The notes: generated by a model from the letters alone, not told the origin. DNA of 64,000 nucleotides from Treponemataceae bacterium (GCA_963677895.2 CAXXGJ010000038.1:384001-448000); one strand, 5' to 3'; shown: positions 30,662 through 40,587, numbered from the stretch's first letter. Translations and numbers: made by a program.

Positions 30662-31630
30662 ATGAAAATTGACAGGCTTGTCAGCGTTATCATGATACTC
30701 CTTGATAAAAAGCGTATAGGCGCGCAGGAGTTAGCGGATATGTTTGAAGTATCACCCCGCACAATCTACCGCGACATAGACAGTATCAACTTGGCGGGTA
30801 TTCCTGTTCGCTCAACGTCGGGACTGGGCGGCGGCTTTGAAATCATGGAGAAATACAAGATTGATAGAAAGGTTTTTTCGACTGCCGACCTTTCCGCTAT
30901 CTTGATGGGGCTTTCCAGTCTTTCCAGCATGATACGAGGTGATGAACTGGTAAACGCCCTTGCGAAAGTCAAGAGTTTTGTCCCCGCCGACAGAGCGAAA
31001 GACATTGAATTAAAAGCAAATCAAATATATATAGATTTAAGTCCGTGGATGGGCAACAGGAACATACAACCATACTTGGAAATTATCAAAACAGCTTTAC
31101 AGGAAAGCAAGCTGCTTTCGTTTGAATATGCGGACCGCCACGGAAACAAAACCGCACGGACAGCCGAGCCGTATCAGCTTGTATTGAAAGGTAGTCATTG
31201 GTATTGGCAAGGGTATTGCCATAAAAGAAATGATTTTCGCTTATTTAAGCTGTCCCGCATATCAAACCTGCAAATACAAAAGGAATTTTTTACGCCACGA
31301 GATTATCAAAAACCGCAACTAGATTTTGCTGATATTTTGGCGACTATGCAAACAACAATCAAAATCCGTATTCATAAATCTGTCATGGACAGGGTACTTG
31401 ATTATTGCGCTTATGAATACTTTTCGCCAGACGGTGATGAGCATTGGATTGTCAGTTTTCCTTTCATTGAGAACGAATACTACTACAATATTCTTCTCAG
31501 TTTTGGGGATAAATGTGAGTGTCTAGAGCCGCCGCATATCCGCACAGAAATGAAGCGCAGAATCCATGATATTGCTGCCATTTATGAAAGTAAAGAAAAA
31601 CTGAGGAAGGGTCTTTCTACTATCGAATAA
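30662..31630 (+). CDS. YafY-family HTH-WYL-WCX transcriptional regulator
   Basis: MKIDRLVSVIMILL...ELADMFEVSPRTIYRDI (wHTH); TARTAEPYQLV...WYWQGYC...FRLFKLSRI (WYL); LLSFGDKCECLEP (WCX). Confidence 0.93.
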   Translation: MKIDRLVSVIMILLDKKRIGAQELADMFEVSPRTIYRDIDSINLAGIPVRSTSGLGGGFEIMEKYKIDRKVFSTADLSAILMGLSSLSSMIRGDELVNALAKVKSFVPADRAKDIELKANQIYIDLSPWMGNRNIQPYLEIIKTALQESKLLSFEYADRHGNKTARTAEPYQLVLKGSHWYWQGYCHKRNDFRLFKLSRISNLQIQKEFFTPRDYQKPQLDFADILATMQTTIKIRIHKSVMDRVLDYCAYEYFSPDGDEHWIVSFPFIENEYYYNILLSFGDKCECLEPPHIRTEMKRRIHDIAAIYESKEKLRKGLSTIE

Positions 31631-31634
31631 CCGA

Positions 31635-32645
31635 TCAAACCTTCGCCATCGACGAAAGGTCGATATCTTCCAGCATCATGCGCATGAAATCGCGCGAATC
31701 CCTCTCGACAAGCGAGGCCTCGCCGCGCATGAAGGCGGGGAAAAACTCCTTTTCCAGATGCGTCCAGCTCTCATCTTCCTTTTCGGGCATGACGGGATAA
31801 AACCGCGCGCCCACAGCCTGCGCGGCTTGCCACGCGATGCTGGTGGTTCCCACGACGAGGATGGGATCGGTATCGTAGCCATTCTTCAGGGCTGTTCTCA
31901 GATAGCCCGCGAAATCCCCGCGCTCGGCGCCTGCGATCCTCAAAAAGCAGTCGCCCAGACCGGCCATTTCCCACTGATTCAAGGCCACGGCTTCGGGCAG
32001 ACTGCTGTAGACCAGAATCTGCGCTCCGGGCGCAAGGGACTTCAGGGTTTTCAGGAAGCTGGAAGCCGTGGGGAATTCGGGAGCGTAGCCCTCCTCGTCG
32101 AGAAGGGAGTCGGACATGGAAATCCAGTCCAGGATGAGCCGCTCTGGACTGCTTTTGGGCGACGAGGCGAAACCCAGAGGATCCCTTGTCGGGGTCGCGA
32201 GGTAGCTGTCCAGCACCCTGATGACGGCGGCCCTCCGTATGGACGGGGAGCTTCTGTTGAGAAGCCGCAGGGCGGAAAGAAGAATGAGAAGCGGTTCCTG
32301 TCCGCGAAGCTTGGAAGACAGGGCGAGGCGGCGCCAGAGCTCCGAGCATGCCGTGGCGTCGAAGCCCCAGGAAAAACAACCCGCGAAGGCGGGAAGATAG
32401 GCTTTTTCATGGTTCCGGGCAAGGGAATCGAACACCGCGCCTTCCGATTCGACGACGATGAGCGCCTTCTTGGCGAAAAGTCCATGAGCGGGTGCCGGCT
32501 TTTCCGAATCCCCGGCCTTGGTCGAAACCGCGGCCGTGGCGCCAGCCGAAGTCTCGGTCTTGGGGTGGCCGCGCGAAACCGAAGGGCGGGTTCTTTTTCT
32601 CGCGGGGCTTCGCTCCCGGTATATGTTGTCCAGCAGATGAACCAT
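31635..32645 (-). CDS. HAD-superfamily-like protein lacking catalytic aspartates
   Basis: LIVVESEGAVFDS (motif I DxD replaced by ExE); VVGTTSIAWQAAQAVGARFYPVMP (motif IV GD lost); start uncertain. Confidence 0.7.
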   Translation of the reverse strand: MVHLLDNIYRERSPARKRTRPSVSRGHPKTETSAGATAAVSTKAGDSEKPAPAHGLFAKKALIVVESEGAVFDSLARNHEKAYLPAFAGCFSWGFDATACSELWRRLALSSKLRGQEPLLILLSALRLLNRSSPSIRRAAVIRVLDSYLATPTRDPLGFASSPKSSPERLILDWISMSDSLLDEEGYAPEFPTASSFLKTLKSLAPGAQILVYSSLPEAVALNQWEMAGLGDCFLRIAGAERGDFAGYLRTALKNGYDTDPILVVGTTSIAWQAAQAVGARFYPVMPEKEDESWTHLEKEFFPAFMRGEASLVERDSRDFMRMMLEDIDLSSMAKV

Positions 32646-32754
32646 TCTCACGTGACCACTTCCATGAGCCAAATATCGGCAGTCCGCCCGAGCTACTTGA
32701 TAGACCGAAAAAGATTCCCGCCAAAGCCGCCAAACGCCAAATTCACGGCGGGGA

Positions 32755-34149
32755 TTGACGATGCCCTCCCTGAAACATCATGCTTGCCTCATGCCAAGAT
32801 CGCGCTTCTCCACGTCGGACGATGTATTCGAATATCTGATGGGCTATGTCAATGTCGAAAAAGGACAGAAGACGGAGTTCAAGCTGGACAGGATGCTCTT
32901 CCTCGCCGCCAAGCTGGGCAATCCCCATTCGGGAAGACTCACGATCCACGTGGCCGGATCGAAGGGCAAAGGCTCCGTGTCCACCATGTGCGCCAACATC
33001 CTCCAGTCGGCGGGCATGAAAGTCGGTCTCTATACCTCGCCGCACATTCTCAGGTGGAAGGAACGCATAGCCTATCCCGACAGGGAAATATCCGAAGAAG
33101 CCTTGATTTCGGCCATGGAAGAAGTCCTGCCCTTTGTCGAGGACAAAGACCCAAGCTATTTCCCCGGCGACGAAATGCCGACCTATTTCGAACTTACTAC
33201 CCTCGTGGCTTTTTGCGCCTTCAGGGCCTTGGGCTGCGACGCTCAGGTCATCGAGACGGGTTTGGGGGGAAGGCTGGATTCCACGAACATAGTCGATCCC
33301 GAGGTTTCGGTGATCACGCCGATAGAACTTGAACACATGCAGTTTTTAGGCGATACGATAGGAAAAATCGCCTTCGAGAAGGCGGGAATAATCAAGCCGG
33401 GCAGGCCGGCATGCGTCGCGCGCCAAAAAGATGAGGCGCTCCGCGTTTTCGAAGCCGCGGCGGCGGAAAGAGACTGCGAGCTTCTGCGTCTCGGCGCCGA
33501 CATAGACGCGAGGGAAATCCGGATCGACCCAGAAGGAACAAGCTGTGTGCTGATGGCTGTAGATGGCTCTAAATCGAGGCTGGCTGCCATCCTCGGCAGC
33601 GAAGGTCTGAATGTCCACTGCCCCATGATCGGCGCCATACAGGCCCAGAATATGGCGCTGGCGACCCTGGCGGCGGCCACCGCCCTGCCGGGAATCGGCG
33701 CGGAGGCCATCGTCGGCGGGCTGTCCCGCTCCAGGCTTCCCGCTCGCTTCGAACTCGCCCAACTGGCGCCAGCCATCGTGCTGGATGGAGCCCACACTCC
33801 CGAATCCATCCACCTGACGATGGAGAGCATGGCCTCGCTCTTTCCGGATTCCAGGGTTCTCCTCTTCGCCTGTGCCTATGACAAGCGGCACGCCGAGATG
33901 GCGGCCCTTCTCGCCCCGCATTTCGACGCGATCATCGTGACGAAGCCGGGTACGTTCAAGGTGAGCGATCCTGAGTCGGTGTTCGGCAGCTTCAAGGCTT
34001 TGAGGTCCGACGCGGCGCTCGAGGAGGACACCGGAACGGCGATAGCCAAGGCGATAGCGGAAGCGAAAACTCGCCAGGCCGCACTGCTCGTCACCGGATC
34101 TTTCTATCTCTGCGCCGAAGTCAAGAATTTCCTTTCTAGAGTAAAGTGA
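32755..34149 (+). CDS. folC: Folylpolyglutamate/dihydrofolate synthase
   Basis: IHVAGSKGKGS, YTSPH, TYFELTT, ETGLGGRLDSTN, LDGAHT, VTGSFYL. Confidence 0.95.
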   Translation: MTMPSLKHHACLMPRSRFSTSDDVFEYLMGYVNVEKGQKTEFKLDRMLFLAAKLGNPHSGRLTIHVAGSKGKGSVSTMCANILQSAGMKVGLYTSPHILRWKERIAYPDREISEEALISAMEEVLPFVEDKDPSYFPGDEMPTYFELTTLVAFCAFRALGCDAQVIETGLGGRLDSTNIVDPEVSVITPIELEHMQFLGDTIGKIAFEKAGIIKPGRPACVARQKDEALRVFEAAAAERDCELLRLGADIDAREIRIDPEGTSCVLMAVDGSKSRLAAILGSEGLNVHCPMIGAIQAQNMALATLAAATALPGIGAEAIVGGLSRSRLPARFELAQLAPAIVLDGAHTPESIHLTMESMASLFPDSRVLLFACAYDKRHAEMAALLAPHFDAIIVTKPGTFKVSDPESVFGSFKALRSDAALEEDTGTAIAKAIAEAKTRQAALLVTGSFYLCAEVKNFLSRVK

Positions 34150-35743
34150 GCAGACTCTGGAATACGCCGATGACGGCGCCCAGAATTCCTCCCAGGACGG
34201 TTATCCACGTGAGTTCGTCGTTGACCACCTTGAGGATAATGCGTTCGATGTCAGCCATATCCAGGTCGTTGAGCTTGTCGACGACCATCGTCTGGATATC
34301 CAGCGCCTCCACGAGCCTTTCGGACTGCGAGGCGAGCGCCTGGGTGACGGCATCGGAAACGATGCGCGCGATGCTGCGCCTTTCCGCTTCACCTAGCGAA
34401 AGGACAGCCCCGATCGTCTTTCCCTCGATTTTTTCAGCGTAGGAAAGCAGAAAATCACCCAGGGACTTGGATAGAAGGTCCGATCCTATCCGCGATCGCG
34501 TATCGGCGGCCGCCCGCGTCGCCGTAAGGCTTTTTTCGACGCTTCCGACCAAGGCCTCCGAGAGTCCCGGGAGCAGTTCGCTCAAGGACTTTTCGGCTAT
34601 CGAAGCGTAGCGCCTCTCCACGTTCTCCGCAAAACTCGCCTTCTCGAGTTCCAGCCCCTGAAAGAATAGTTCCAGCGCTCTTTTCAGCTCGGGAATCGGG
34701 AAAATGCCCGCCAGGGGAGCCGACGAATGGGAAAGCCTTGGCGTTCCGAGATAGGCCAGGACGGATCCCACCACCTTGTTCTCCATGTCGGGGCTCCGCA
34801 GCAGGCCGATTATCGATCCGGACACGTCGCGTATCGTCTCGGGCATCGTGTCGGCAAGGGTTTTCTCGTAGTTCGCCGCCGTCACTATCAGGCGTTGGAT
34901 CGGCCCCAACCGGCCGATGATTCTCCGGATCATGTCCACGCCGACATTCTTGAGATCGGCTTTCACGGATTCGCTGTCGAGAATTTTTTCCACGATGGGT
35001 AACAGGCTCGCGTAGAGCGAACGCGTCGCCGCTTCGGCGAGCGGGGAAAGCGTCCGCGGCGAAACGAGCGGACCGGAGGAGGGAGATGATTCCAGGAGCC
35101 TGTCCACGAAGGCTTCTATCATTTTCTTCTTGTCGCGCTCGCCCCACTCGCCCGCGAAGCGTTCAGCCAGACCGCGGACGCGATCGCAGGGCAGGATGCT
35201 GCCCAAGGGAATTTTACCCGCCTCGGAGATGGTCCTGCCGGCCGCGAACGAGAGCGCTGTCCTGAATTCGACGGATCCGACGATCGAATTGAAGGAAGAC
35301 GCGACGAGGCTGCCAGCATCGCTGGAGCCGAAGTTCTTCAAGGCGGGAATCCCCGGACCTTCGGAGGCATCGGAGACATCAGGGGCTTCGGAGCCATCAT
35401 GCTCGCCCGCCAGGCTTTTGAGCAAGGCGGAAGCGTCGTGATTCAACGCTTCGTCGATGATGACATAGACGGACTCCTCGATCTTGGTTTTCAGGGCCGG
35501 CTCGACGAGCCTGGTTCTGAAAACCTCGGGCGTGAGCAGTTCGCGGGAAACCGTTTCGCCGACGCTGTCGGCGAGGCGCAAGCGCTCCCTCGGAAGGATA
35601 CCCGGCGTAAAGGGAAGCTTGAGTTTGCCTAAATAAATGGGTTTCAACGGCCTGAAAAGCATTTTTATGGCAAGCCAATTGGTGAAATAGCCAATAATCG
35701 CCCCGACGAGCGGCGGCATGATCCAAACTTTGAAAAACTCCAT
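34136..35743 (-). CDS. DUF445-family membrane protein
   Basis: GAIIGYFTNWLAIKMLFRP N-terminus and ELTWITVLGGILGAVIG C-terminus. Confidence 0.88.
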   Translation of the reverse strand: MEFFKVWIMPPLVGAIIGYFTNWLAIKMLFRPLKPIYLGKLKLPFTPGILPRERLRLADSVGETVSRELLTPEVFRTRLVEPALKTKIEESVYVIIDEALNHDASALLKSLAGEHDGSEAPDVSDASEGPGIPALKNFGSSDAGSLVASSFNSIVGSVEFRTALSFAAGRTISEAGKIPLGSILPCDRVRGLAERFAGEWGERDKKKMIEAFVDRLLESSPSSGPLVSPRTLSPLAEAATRSLYASLLPIVEKILDSESVKADLKNVGVDMIRRIIGRLGPIQRLIVTAANYEKTLADTMPETIRDVSGSIIGLLRSPDMENKVVGSVLAYLGTPRLSHSSAPLAGIFPIPELKRALELFFQGLELEKASFAENVERRYASIAEKSLSELLPGLSEALVGSVEKSLTATRAAADTRSRIGSDLLSKSLGDFLLSYAEKIEGKTIGAVLSLGEAERRSIARIVSDAVTQALASQSERLVEALDIQTMVVDKLNDLDMADIERIILKVVNDELTWITVLGGILGAVIGVFQSLLTLL

Positions 35744-35765
35744 CAGCCTTCCTTGGCCATAAATT

Positions 35766-36191
35766 TTATTGAAGAAGCCCGACGGCTTCGCGAGCCTGTG
35801 CCTCGGATGAAAAGATACTCAGATCGCCGGAATGAATCCATCCGGTCGCGGACCCCTCGCCGAATTTATACCAGAGTCCGCCTGTGTCCTGTCCCGCCGG
35901 ATCTATTTTACGCTCCGTGCAGAGGAAAACGGTTCCCCTTCGGACGACGGATATGTCCTCGGAAGTCGCGTCGGGCAGCTTTTTGGCATGGGCATAGGCT
36001 GAAGTGACCGCCGCCCAGCCCAATCCCGATCCAACCGACGGGTCGGCTGGCAGTTTCATAAAGCGAGAATACCCCTTCGAGCAACCCGACAACGAGGCAA
36101 TAATCATGAGGATCGCGGTAAAAAGAAGGAAAGCGCCGCGCTTTGCACACAACCGGCGTTGGTTATGGTTAATATATATAGTATTGATCAT
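35766..36191 (-). CDS. Lipoprotein with SH3b-like domain
   Basis: Lipobox LSGC; WYKF...TGWIHS pattern typical of bacterial SH3. Confidence 0.7.
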   Translation of the reverse strand: MINTIYINHNQRRLCAKRGAFLLFTAILMIIASLSGCSKGYSRFMKLPADPSVGSGLGWAAVTSAYAHAKKLPDATSEDISVVRRGTVFLCTERKIDPAGQDTGGLWYKFGEGSATGWIHSGDLSIFSSEAQAREAVGLLQ

Positions 36192-36242
36192 TTGTATCTC
36201 CAGGTGAATTTACACCTTTTAGATGGTAAATAGAAGGTAAAT

Positions 36243-36842
36243 ATGGCGAATAACCGTCGGCATATTTTTGTGCCGGTCATTTTTTTCATCGCGGCGACTT
36301 TCATGGCGGCGTTGCCCATCGCGGCTTCTCCATGGCGAGCGGACCTTTCGGGCGGAGCTCTCTACGCTCCCAGCTATGGCTCAGATGTCGCTCTCCTGTC
36401 CGCGTACGGCTTCGGCATCGGCGGAGGCGTGGAACTGGTCACGAACTATTGGATACCGATACGAGGCGAGCTGGGTGTCTATTCCATCGGCGCTTCGGCC
36501 TGGGATCCGACACTCTTCAGATACCGCGCGTTCTGGGGCTACCGGCTCGCGGCGATGACGGGATTGTGGGTTCCCGTCGGTTCGGGGGAGCTGGATTTCC
36601 TCGCGGGAGGGGCCTTCTCCGCCTCCCGATTCACGGGCCTCAGCGTCGTGACCGCCTACGCTTCGCTCGTAGGCGAAGTGCGTTTCCTCCACCCTGTATC
36701 CTTTTCCTTCCTCAAAGGTCGCGAGGTGAACATCTTCGCGACCGTACCGGTGGAATATATGTTCCGCGGCAATGCGCGAACCATAGCGGCGGGGCTTGAA
36801 ATCGGGGTTGGATTTCAGCTGTCCAAGGGAGCTTCCAAATGA
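36243..36842 (+). CDS. Hypothetical exported protein, probable small outer-membrane beta-barrel
   Basis: Signal peptide; Gly/aromatic alternating strands (FGIGGGVEL, IRGELGVYS, GLEIGVGFQL). Confidence 0.6.
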   Translation: MANNRRHIFVPVIFFIAATFMAALPIAASPWRADLSGGALYAPSYGSDVALLSAYGFGIGGGVELVTNYWIPIRGELGVYSIGASAWDPTLFRYRAFWGYRLAAMTGLWVPVGSGELDFLAGGAFSASRFTGLSVVTAYASLVGEVRFLHPVSFSFLKGREVNIFATVPVEYMFRGNARTIAAGLEIGVGFQLSKGASK

Positions 36843-37810
36843 CAGGCAAGGCTAAAAATCGACAGACACCATGCTTTGCGTACCGCGGCGCCGGCGCCTC
36901 GATCGCCCTCATCCTTGTCCTGTCGCTCGGAACAATCCTCGCCGGATGCTCGATACCCTCCAGCGGCCTGACCACACCGTCGAACCGATACGCGTTGGTG
37001 ATTGGGGTCCAGGATTATCCCGGCACCAATAACGATCTAAACTATCCCGACGATGACGCTAACGCCATGAATACGCTTCTCTCGGCACAAGGATGGACGG
37101 TACGATCCGTACTCCTGAATGGGAGCGCCACCTACGACAATATAAAATCAGAGATAAATGCGTTGTCGACGGACTCGAGCGCGACGGTCCTCGTCTACTA
37201 CTCGGGACATGGCTCCGATTATACGGGGACTCCGAGCATCATTCCCTACGACGGCCTCACCATATCAGATAACTTTGACATAACTAATTGGATCACTCCT
37301 GCTACCCTCACGAACTGGGTCGCGGCTGTCCCGGCTAAGCACAGGCTACTGATCCTGGACGCCTGCTTTTCCGGTGGTTTTACCTTAGGCGACGGCTCCG
37401 TGGACACGGCGCAGGCCGACTACAGCCAGTTAAGCTACCATACTTTGGATAAAGGCATTCTTATCGGGGCGCTCTCGAAATTCGGCGCCTTGGTAGCGGA
37501 TAATCTTTCGACCTTCGGCGATCAGGAAGTCCTCGCGTTGAGCGCTTCCGGTTCGGAGGAATTGTCCTGGGATGATGGCGGCAGCCAGCATGGAGCATTC
37601 ACCAACTATCTTCTTAAGGCATCGACATCGGGAGACACGGATGGTGATGGCTACGTGACGGTCAATGAGGCATATGCCTACACGAAAAAACAGATACGAG
37701 AAAACTGGAATATCGACTACCTGCATTCAAGCGATCCCCTGGAATGGGATTTCCTGCCGCACATCTCTGGCGGCACGGGCGACATCGTCCTCTACGCGAA
37801 CGCCAATTAA
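36839..37810 (+). CDS. Caspase-family (C14, metacaspase-like) peptidase, lipoprotein
   Basis: RYALVIGVQDY, YYSGHG (His), LILDACFSG (Cys), HGAFTNYLL, DTDGDGYVTVNE; lipobox ILAGC; ATGA overlap with the upstream gene. Confidence 0.88.
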   Translation: MTGKAKNRQTPCFAYRGAGASIALILVLSLGTILAGCSIPSSGLTTPSNRYALVIGVQDYPGTNNDLNYPDDDANAMNTLLSAQGWTVRSVLLNGSATYDNIKSEINALSTDSSATVLVYYSGHGSDYTGTPSIIPYDGLTISDNFDITNWITPATLTNWVAAVPAKHRLLILDACFSGGFTLGDGSVDTAQADYSQLSYHTLDKGILIGALSKFGALVADNLSTFGDQEVLALSASGSEELSWDDGGSQHGAFTNYLLKASTSGDTDGDGYVTVNEAYAYTKKQIRENWNIDYLHSSDPLEWDFLPHISGGTGDIVLYANAN

Positions 37811-37840
37811 TCTCATGACCCACGCTGAATGGCATGAAAG

Positions 37841-37872
37841 GGGCTGTCCGGGAAGCGCTTTAGGGACAGCCC
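37841..37872. terminator. Stem-loop between convergent caspase and tldE genes
   Basis: GGGCTGTCC-N14-GGACAGCCC, followed by TTAATTTTT on the plus strand. Confidence 0.65.
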
Positions 37873-37895
37873 TTAATTTTTAGCGCGGAAACCGG

Positions 37896-39191
37896 CTACG
37901 AGCCGGAAACAGTGATGCCTCTTGCCCTGATCCAGGGAAAGACGGCATTACCGAAATCGACACGCTCCCGAGAAATGCCGTCGATGTCCTTAAGAAGCTT
38001 CACGATATTGCCCGACACCATGGTGCCGGCGAGAGCTCTGACAATTTTGCCTTTCTCGATGAGGTAACTGTTCTTGGCCACGCCCGAAAAATCCCCGTCC
38101 TCGCTGGGGCTACCTCCGGAAAAACGGTTGAGCAGGACGCCCCGCTCTATCCCGTCGATGAGCTCCGCCAGGGAGTCCGATCCGGCGTCCACCGTCAAGC
38201 AGCCACCTCCGCTGGAACAGCGGGCGAAGCCTGTCTTGTTCGAGCCGTAGAGGCTGAGGAAGTAGTTCCGCAGTTTCCCCTTCTCGATGATAGCGCAGTC
38301 TTCCGCGACGAAGCCGTCTGCCGTGAAGAACTGGCCGTCCTGGACGACGCCGGAAACAGGCGTCGAGCGAAGGCTTAAGCGGCTCGAGGCGATGTCCTTC
38401 CCGAGAGAATTCTTATAGGGCGAGGAGCCGCTGATGAGGCCGTAATCCCCGAGGTAGCTTGACTCGAGGCTATACAGGAATTCGCCCAGGCAGTGCGGCG
38501 CGATGACGATGTCGCCCTCGAACTTGCCGTCCAGGGGCTTCGCCTCGAGCTGTTCGGCCGATTGGCGCATGAGTTCGCCTACGGTTCCCCAGATCAGGAG
38601 GGGGCGGTCCAGGCTGAAGCGGCTGGCTCCGGAGTAGTTGAAGCTCGAAGCCTTCGTCCCTTCCTTGGCGGTGAATATGGCGACGAAGGAATAGATTCCC
38701 TTGGATTGGCGCAGCGACACTCCGTTCGAATTGGCGAAGAAGGATGTGGTCGCGGCAAAATCGAGGATGCATTGTTCAAGCTTCACTTTCGGGTGCTCTT
38801 TCGAGCAGCTGCCCAGGAATTCCGAGAGCCTGTCGTACATGGCGGGAAGGTCGGGGGCCTCGTCCCCGGCGGAGAATGCGGCAGGCGGCGATGATGGGGC
38901 TATGCCGTTCGCGGGGTCGGCCTTGGAGGCCAGGGCCGAGGCGACGGCTTCTTTCGCCGCTGTCCATATCGAATCGGCGTCGACGCGATTGAGGACGCTC
39001 GAACCTTTCCTCCCGCCCGAGTAGGCGGTGAGGGAAAGATTCGACTCGACCGTCGTCCGGAGGAGGCTCATCGCACCGTTATCGATATTGAGCTCGGTCT
39101 TCTCGCCGCGTGACAGCGAAGCCTGCCCCATGTCGGCCCCGGCCTCGATCATGGCCTTCACGGCCGTGTCGACGATGTTCATGCCCTCCAT
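37896..39191 (-). CDS. tldE: TldE/PmbA-family protein
   Basis: TldD/PmbA fold motifs (FTADG, IEKGKL, GDFSG, IEKGKIV, VSGN); no HExxxH. Confidence 0.85.
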   Translation of the reverse strand: MEGMNIVDTAVKAMIEAGADMGQASLSRGEKTELNIDNGAMSLLRTTVESNLSLTAYSGGRKGSSVLNRVDADSIWTAAKEAVASALASKADPANGIAPSSPPAAFSAGDEAPDLPAMYDRLSEFLGSCSKEHPKVKLEQCILDFAATTSFFANSNGVSLRQSKGIYSFVAIFTAKEGTKASSFNYSGASRFSLDRPLLIWGTVGELMRQSAEQLEAKPLDGKFEGDIVIAPHCLGEFLYSLESSYLGDYGLISGSSPYKNSLGKDIASSRLSLRSTPVSGVVQDGQFFTADGFVAEDCAIIEKGKLRNYFLSLYGSNKTGFARCSSGGGCLTVDAGSDSLAELIDGIERGVLLNRFSGGSPSEDGDFSGVAKNSYLIEKGKIVRALAGTMVSGNIVKLLKDIDGISRERVDFGNAVFPWIRARGITVSGS

Positions 39192-39192
39192 A

Positions 39193-40587
39193 TCACCTAC
39201 CCCCTATGTTGATCGAACAGGCGATGGCCGGACCGCCCATGCCCACCGGGATCATCTGTTTCTTGCCGCACATGCCTCCGCAGCCCCAGCTCATGTCGTC
39301 GGAAATGGCGGTGACTGTCTTCAGCATGTCGAAGGCCACACCCGACACGGTCGTGTCCCTTATGGCGCGGCCGAGCTTGCCGCCCTTGATCTCGTAGCCG
39401 AGGACGACGCCGAACATGAACTCGCTCGTGGAATCGGCCTGACCGTTGCTTGATTTCATGAGGTAATAGCCGTCGTCGATGGAGGCGATCATGTCAGCGA
39501 GCTTCGAGGTTCCGGGGACTATGGCGGTGTTCCGCATGCGCACCAGCGGCTCGTCGGAAAAGGCGTATGCCCGTGCGTTGCCCGTGGGTTCGGCGCCGAG
39601 CTTGGCCGCCGTCTCCTTGTTGTGCATAAAGGACCTGAGCAGGCCCTTTTCGATCAGGACGGCGTCCTTGGCCTGAGTGCCCTCGTCGTCGATCCAGAGA
39701 GGGACGGGGCAGGTGGAGCCCAGGGCCGTATGGGCGAAGTCCACGAGGGTGACGAGGTCGCTCGCCACCTTCTTTCCAAGGTAGGCCCCCGCCACGGAGC
39801 CGCCGAGGACGCCATCGCCTTCCACTGTGTGGCCGATAGCCTCATGCGCGAGAATGCCCGCCAGGTCAGGGCCGAGAATCACGCGGCGGAGGCCGGCATC
39901 GGGATATATGCTCGCGGTCTTCGCGATGAGATGGCCGTGGAGTTCATCCAAGCCTTCTTCCAGAACAAACGGGGTCGTGAAGACGTCCTCGAATTGGCCA
40001 CGTCCGCCGAACACGCGGTATAGCTCAACGGGATTGCCCTCGGCGTCGTTCATGGTGAGATTCACGTACAGTATCGAGCGGGGGACGAGGGAATAGGCCT
40101 GTGCCCCTTCCGAGGTCAGGAGGGTCTTCTCCATGTCAAGACAGCCAAGACCCACATTACGCGACAGAAGCGCGGGGTAGGTTGCGGCTATGTACGAATC
40201 CACGGCCCGGGCGAAATCGAGCAAGTCCTTTTGCGCAAGGCGCGTTTTTTTGGTGGAAAGGTCGTGCGAGCCCGAACTCGAGCTGGCGTTCGAAGTCTTC
40301 GGAAGTCTGGCGTTAACCTTCCCAACCCTGGAAGCGAGGAAGAGCGCGTTCCGGGTGGCAAGCCGGACGGCGCCTTCTATGGACTCGTTCCCGATATCTG
40401 GGTCTGAGGCGAAGCCCCATGCCCCGTCCTTGAAAACGCGGGCCGAGACGCCGCCCACCGTCGAGCGGTTGTTGCGCAGGATATCGCCCTTTAAGAGGGC
40501 GATGTTGACCTGACTATTCCGCTGCACGCGAAGTTCCGTGTACTCGGTGAACAGACCGGCGTGCCCGCCGATGCCTTCATAGCGCAT
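39193..40587 (-). CDS. tldD: TldD-family metalloprotease
   Basis: LAHEAIGHTVEGD, IDDEG, RMRNT, CGKKQMIPVGMGGP; SD GGGAGG before ATG 40587. Confidence 0.92.
   Translation of the reverse strand: MRYEGIGGHAGLFTEYTELRVQRNSQVNIALLKGDILRNNRSTVGGVSARVFKDGAWGFASDPDIGNESIEGAVRLATRNALFLASRVGKVNARLPKTSNASSSSGSHDLSTKKTRLAQKDLLDFARAVDSYIAATYPALLSRNVGLGCLDMEKTLLTSEGAQAYSLVPRSILYVNLTMNDAEGNPVELYRVFGGRGQFEDVFTTPFVLEEGLDELHGHLIAKTASIYPDAGLRRVILGPDLAGILAHEAIGHTVEGDGVLGGSVAGAYLGKKVASDLVTLVDFAHTALGSTCPVPLWIDDEGTQAKDAVLIEKGLLRSFMHNKETAAKLGAEPTGNARAYAFSDEPLVRMRNTAIVPGTSKLADMIASIDDGYYLMKSSNGQADSTSEFMFGVVLGYEIKGGKLGRAIRDTTVSGVAFDMLKTVTAISDDMSWGCGGMCGKKQMIPVGMGGPAIACSINIGGR

Larger units (their letters stand above)
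30026..31634. other. AT-rich horizontally acquired islet (two genes)
   Basis: Abrupt drop in GC (about 40% by eye) and AT-rich codon usage between the rarA stop and the HAD-like gene stop; no integrase or terminal repeats seen. Confidence 0.75.
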
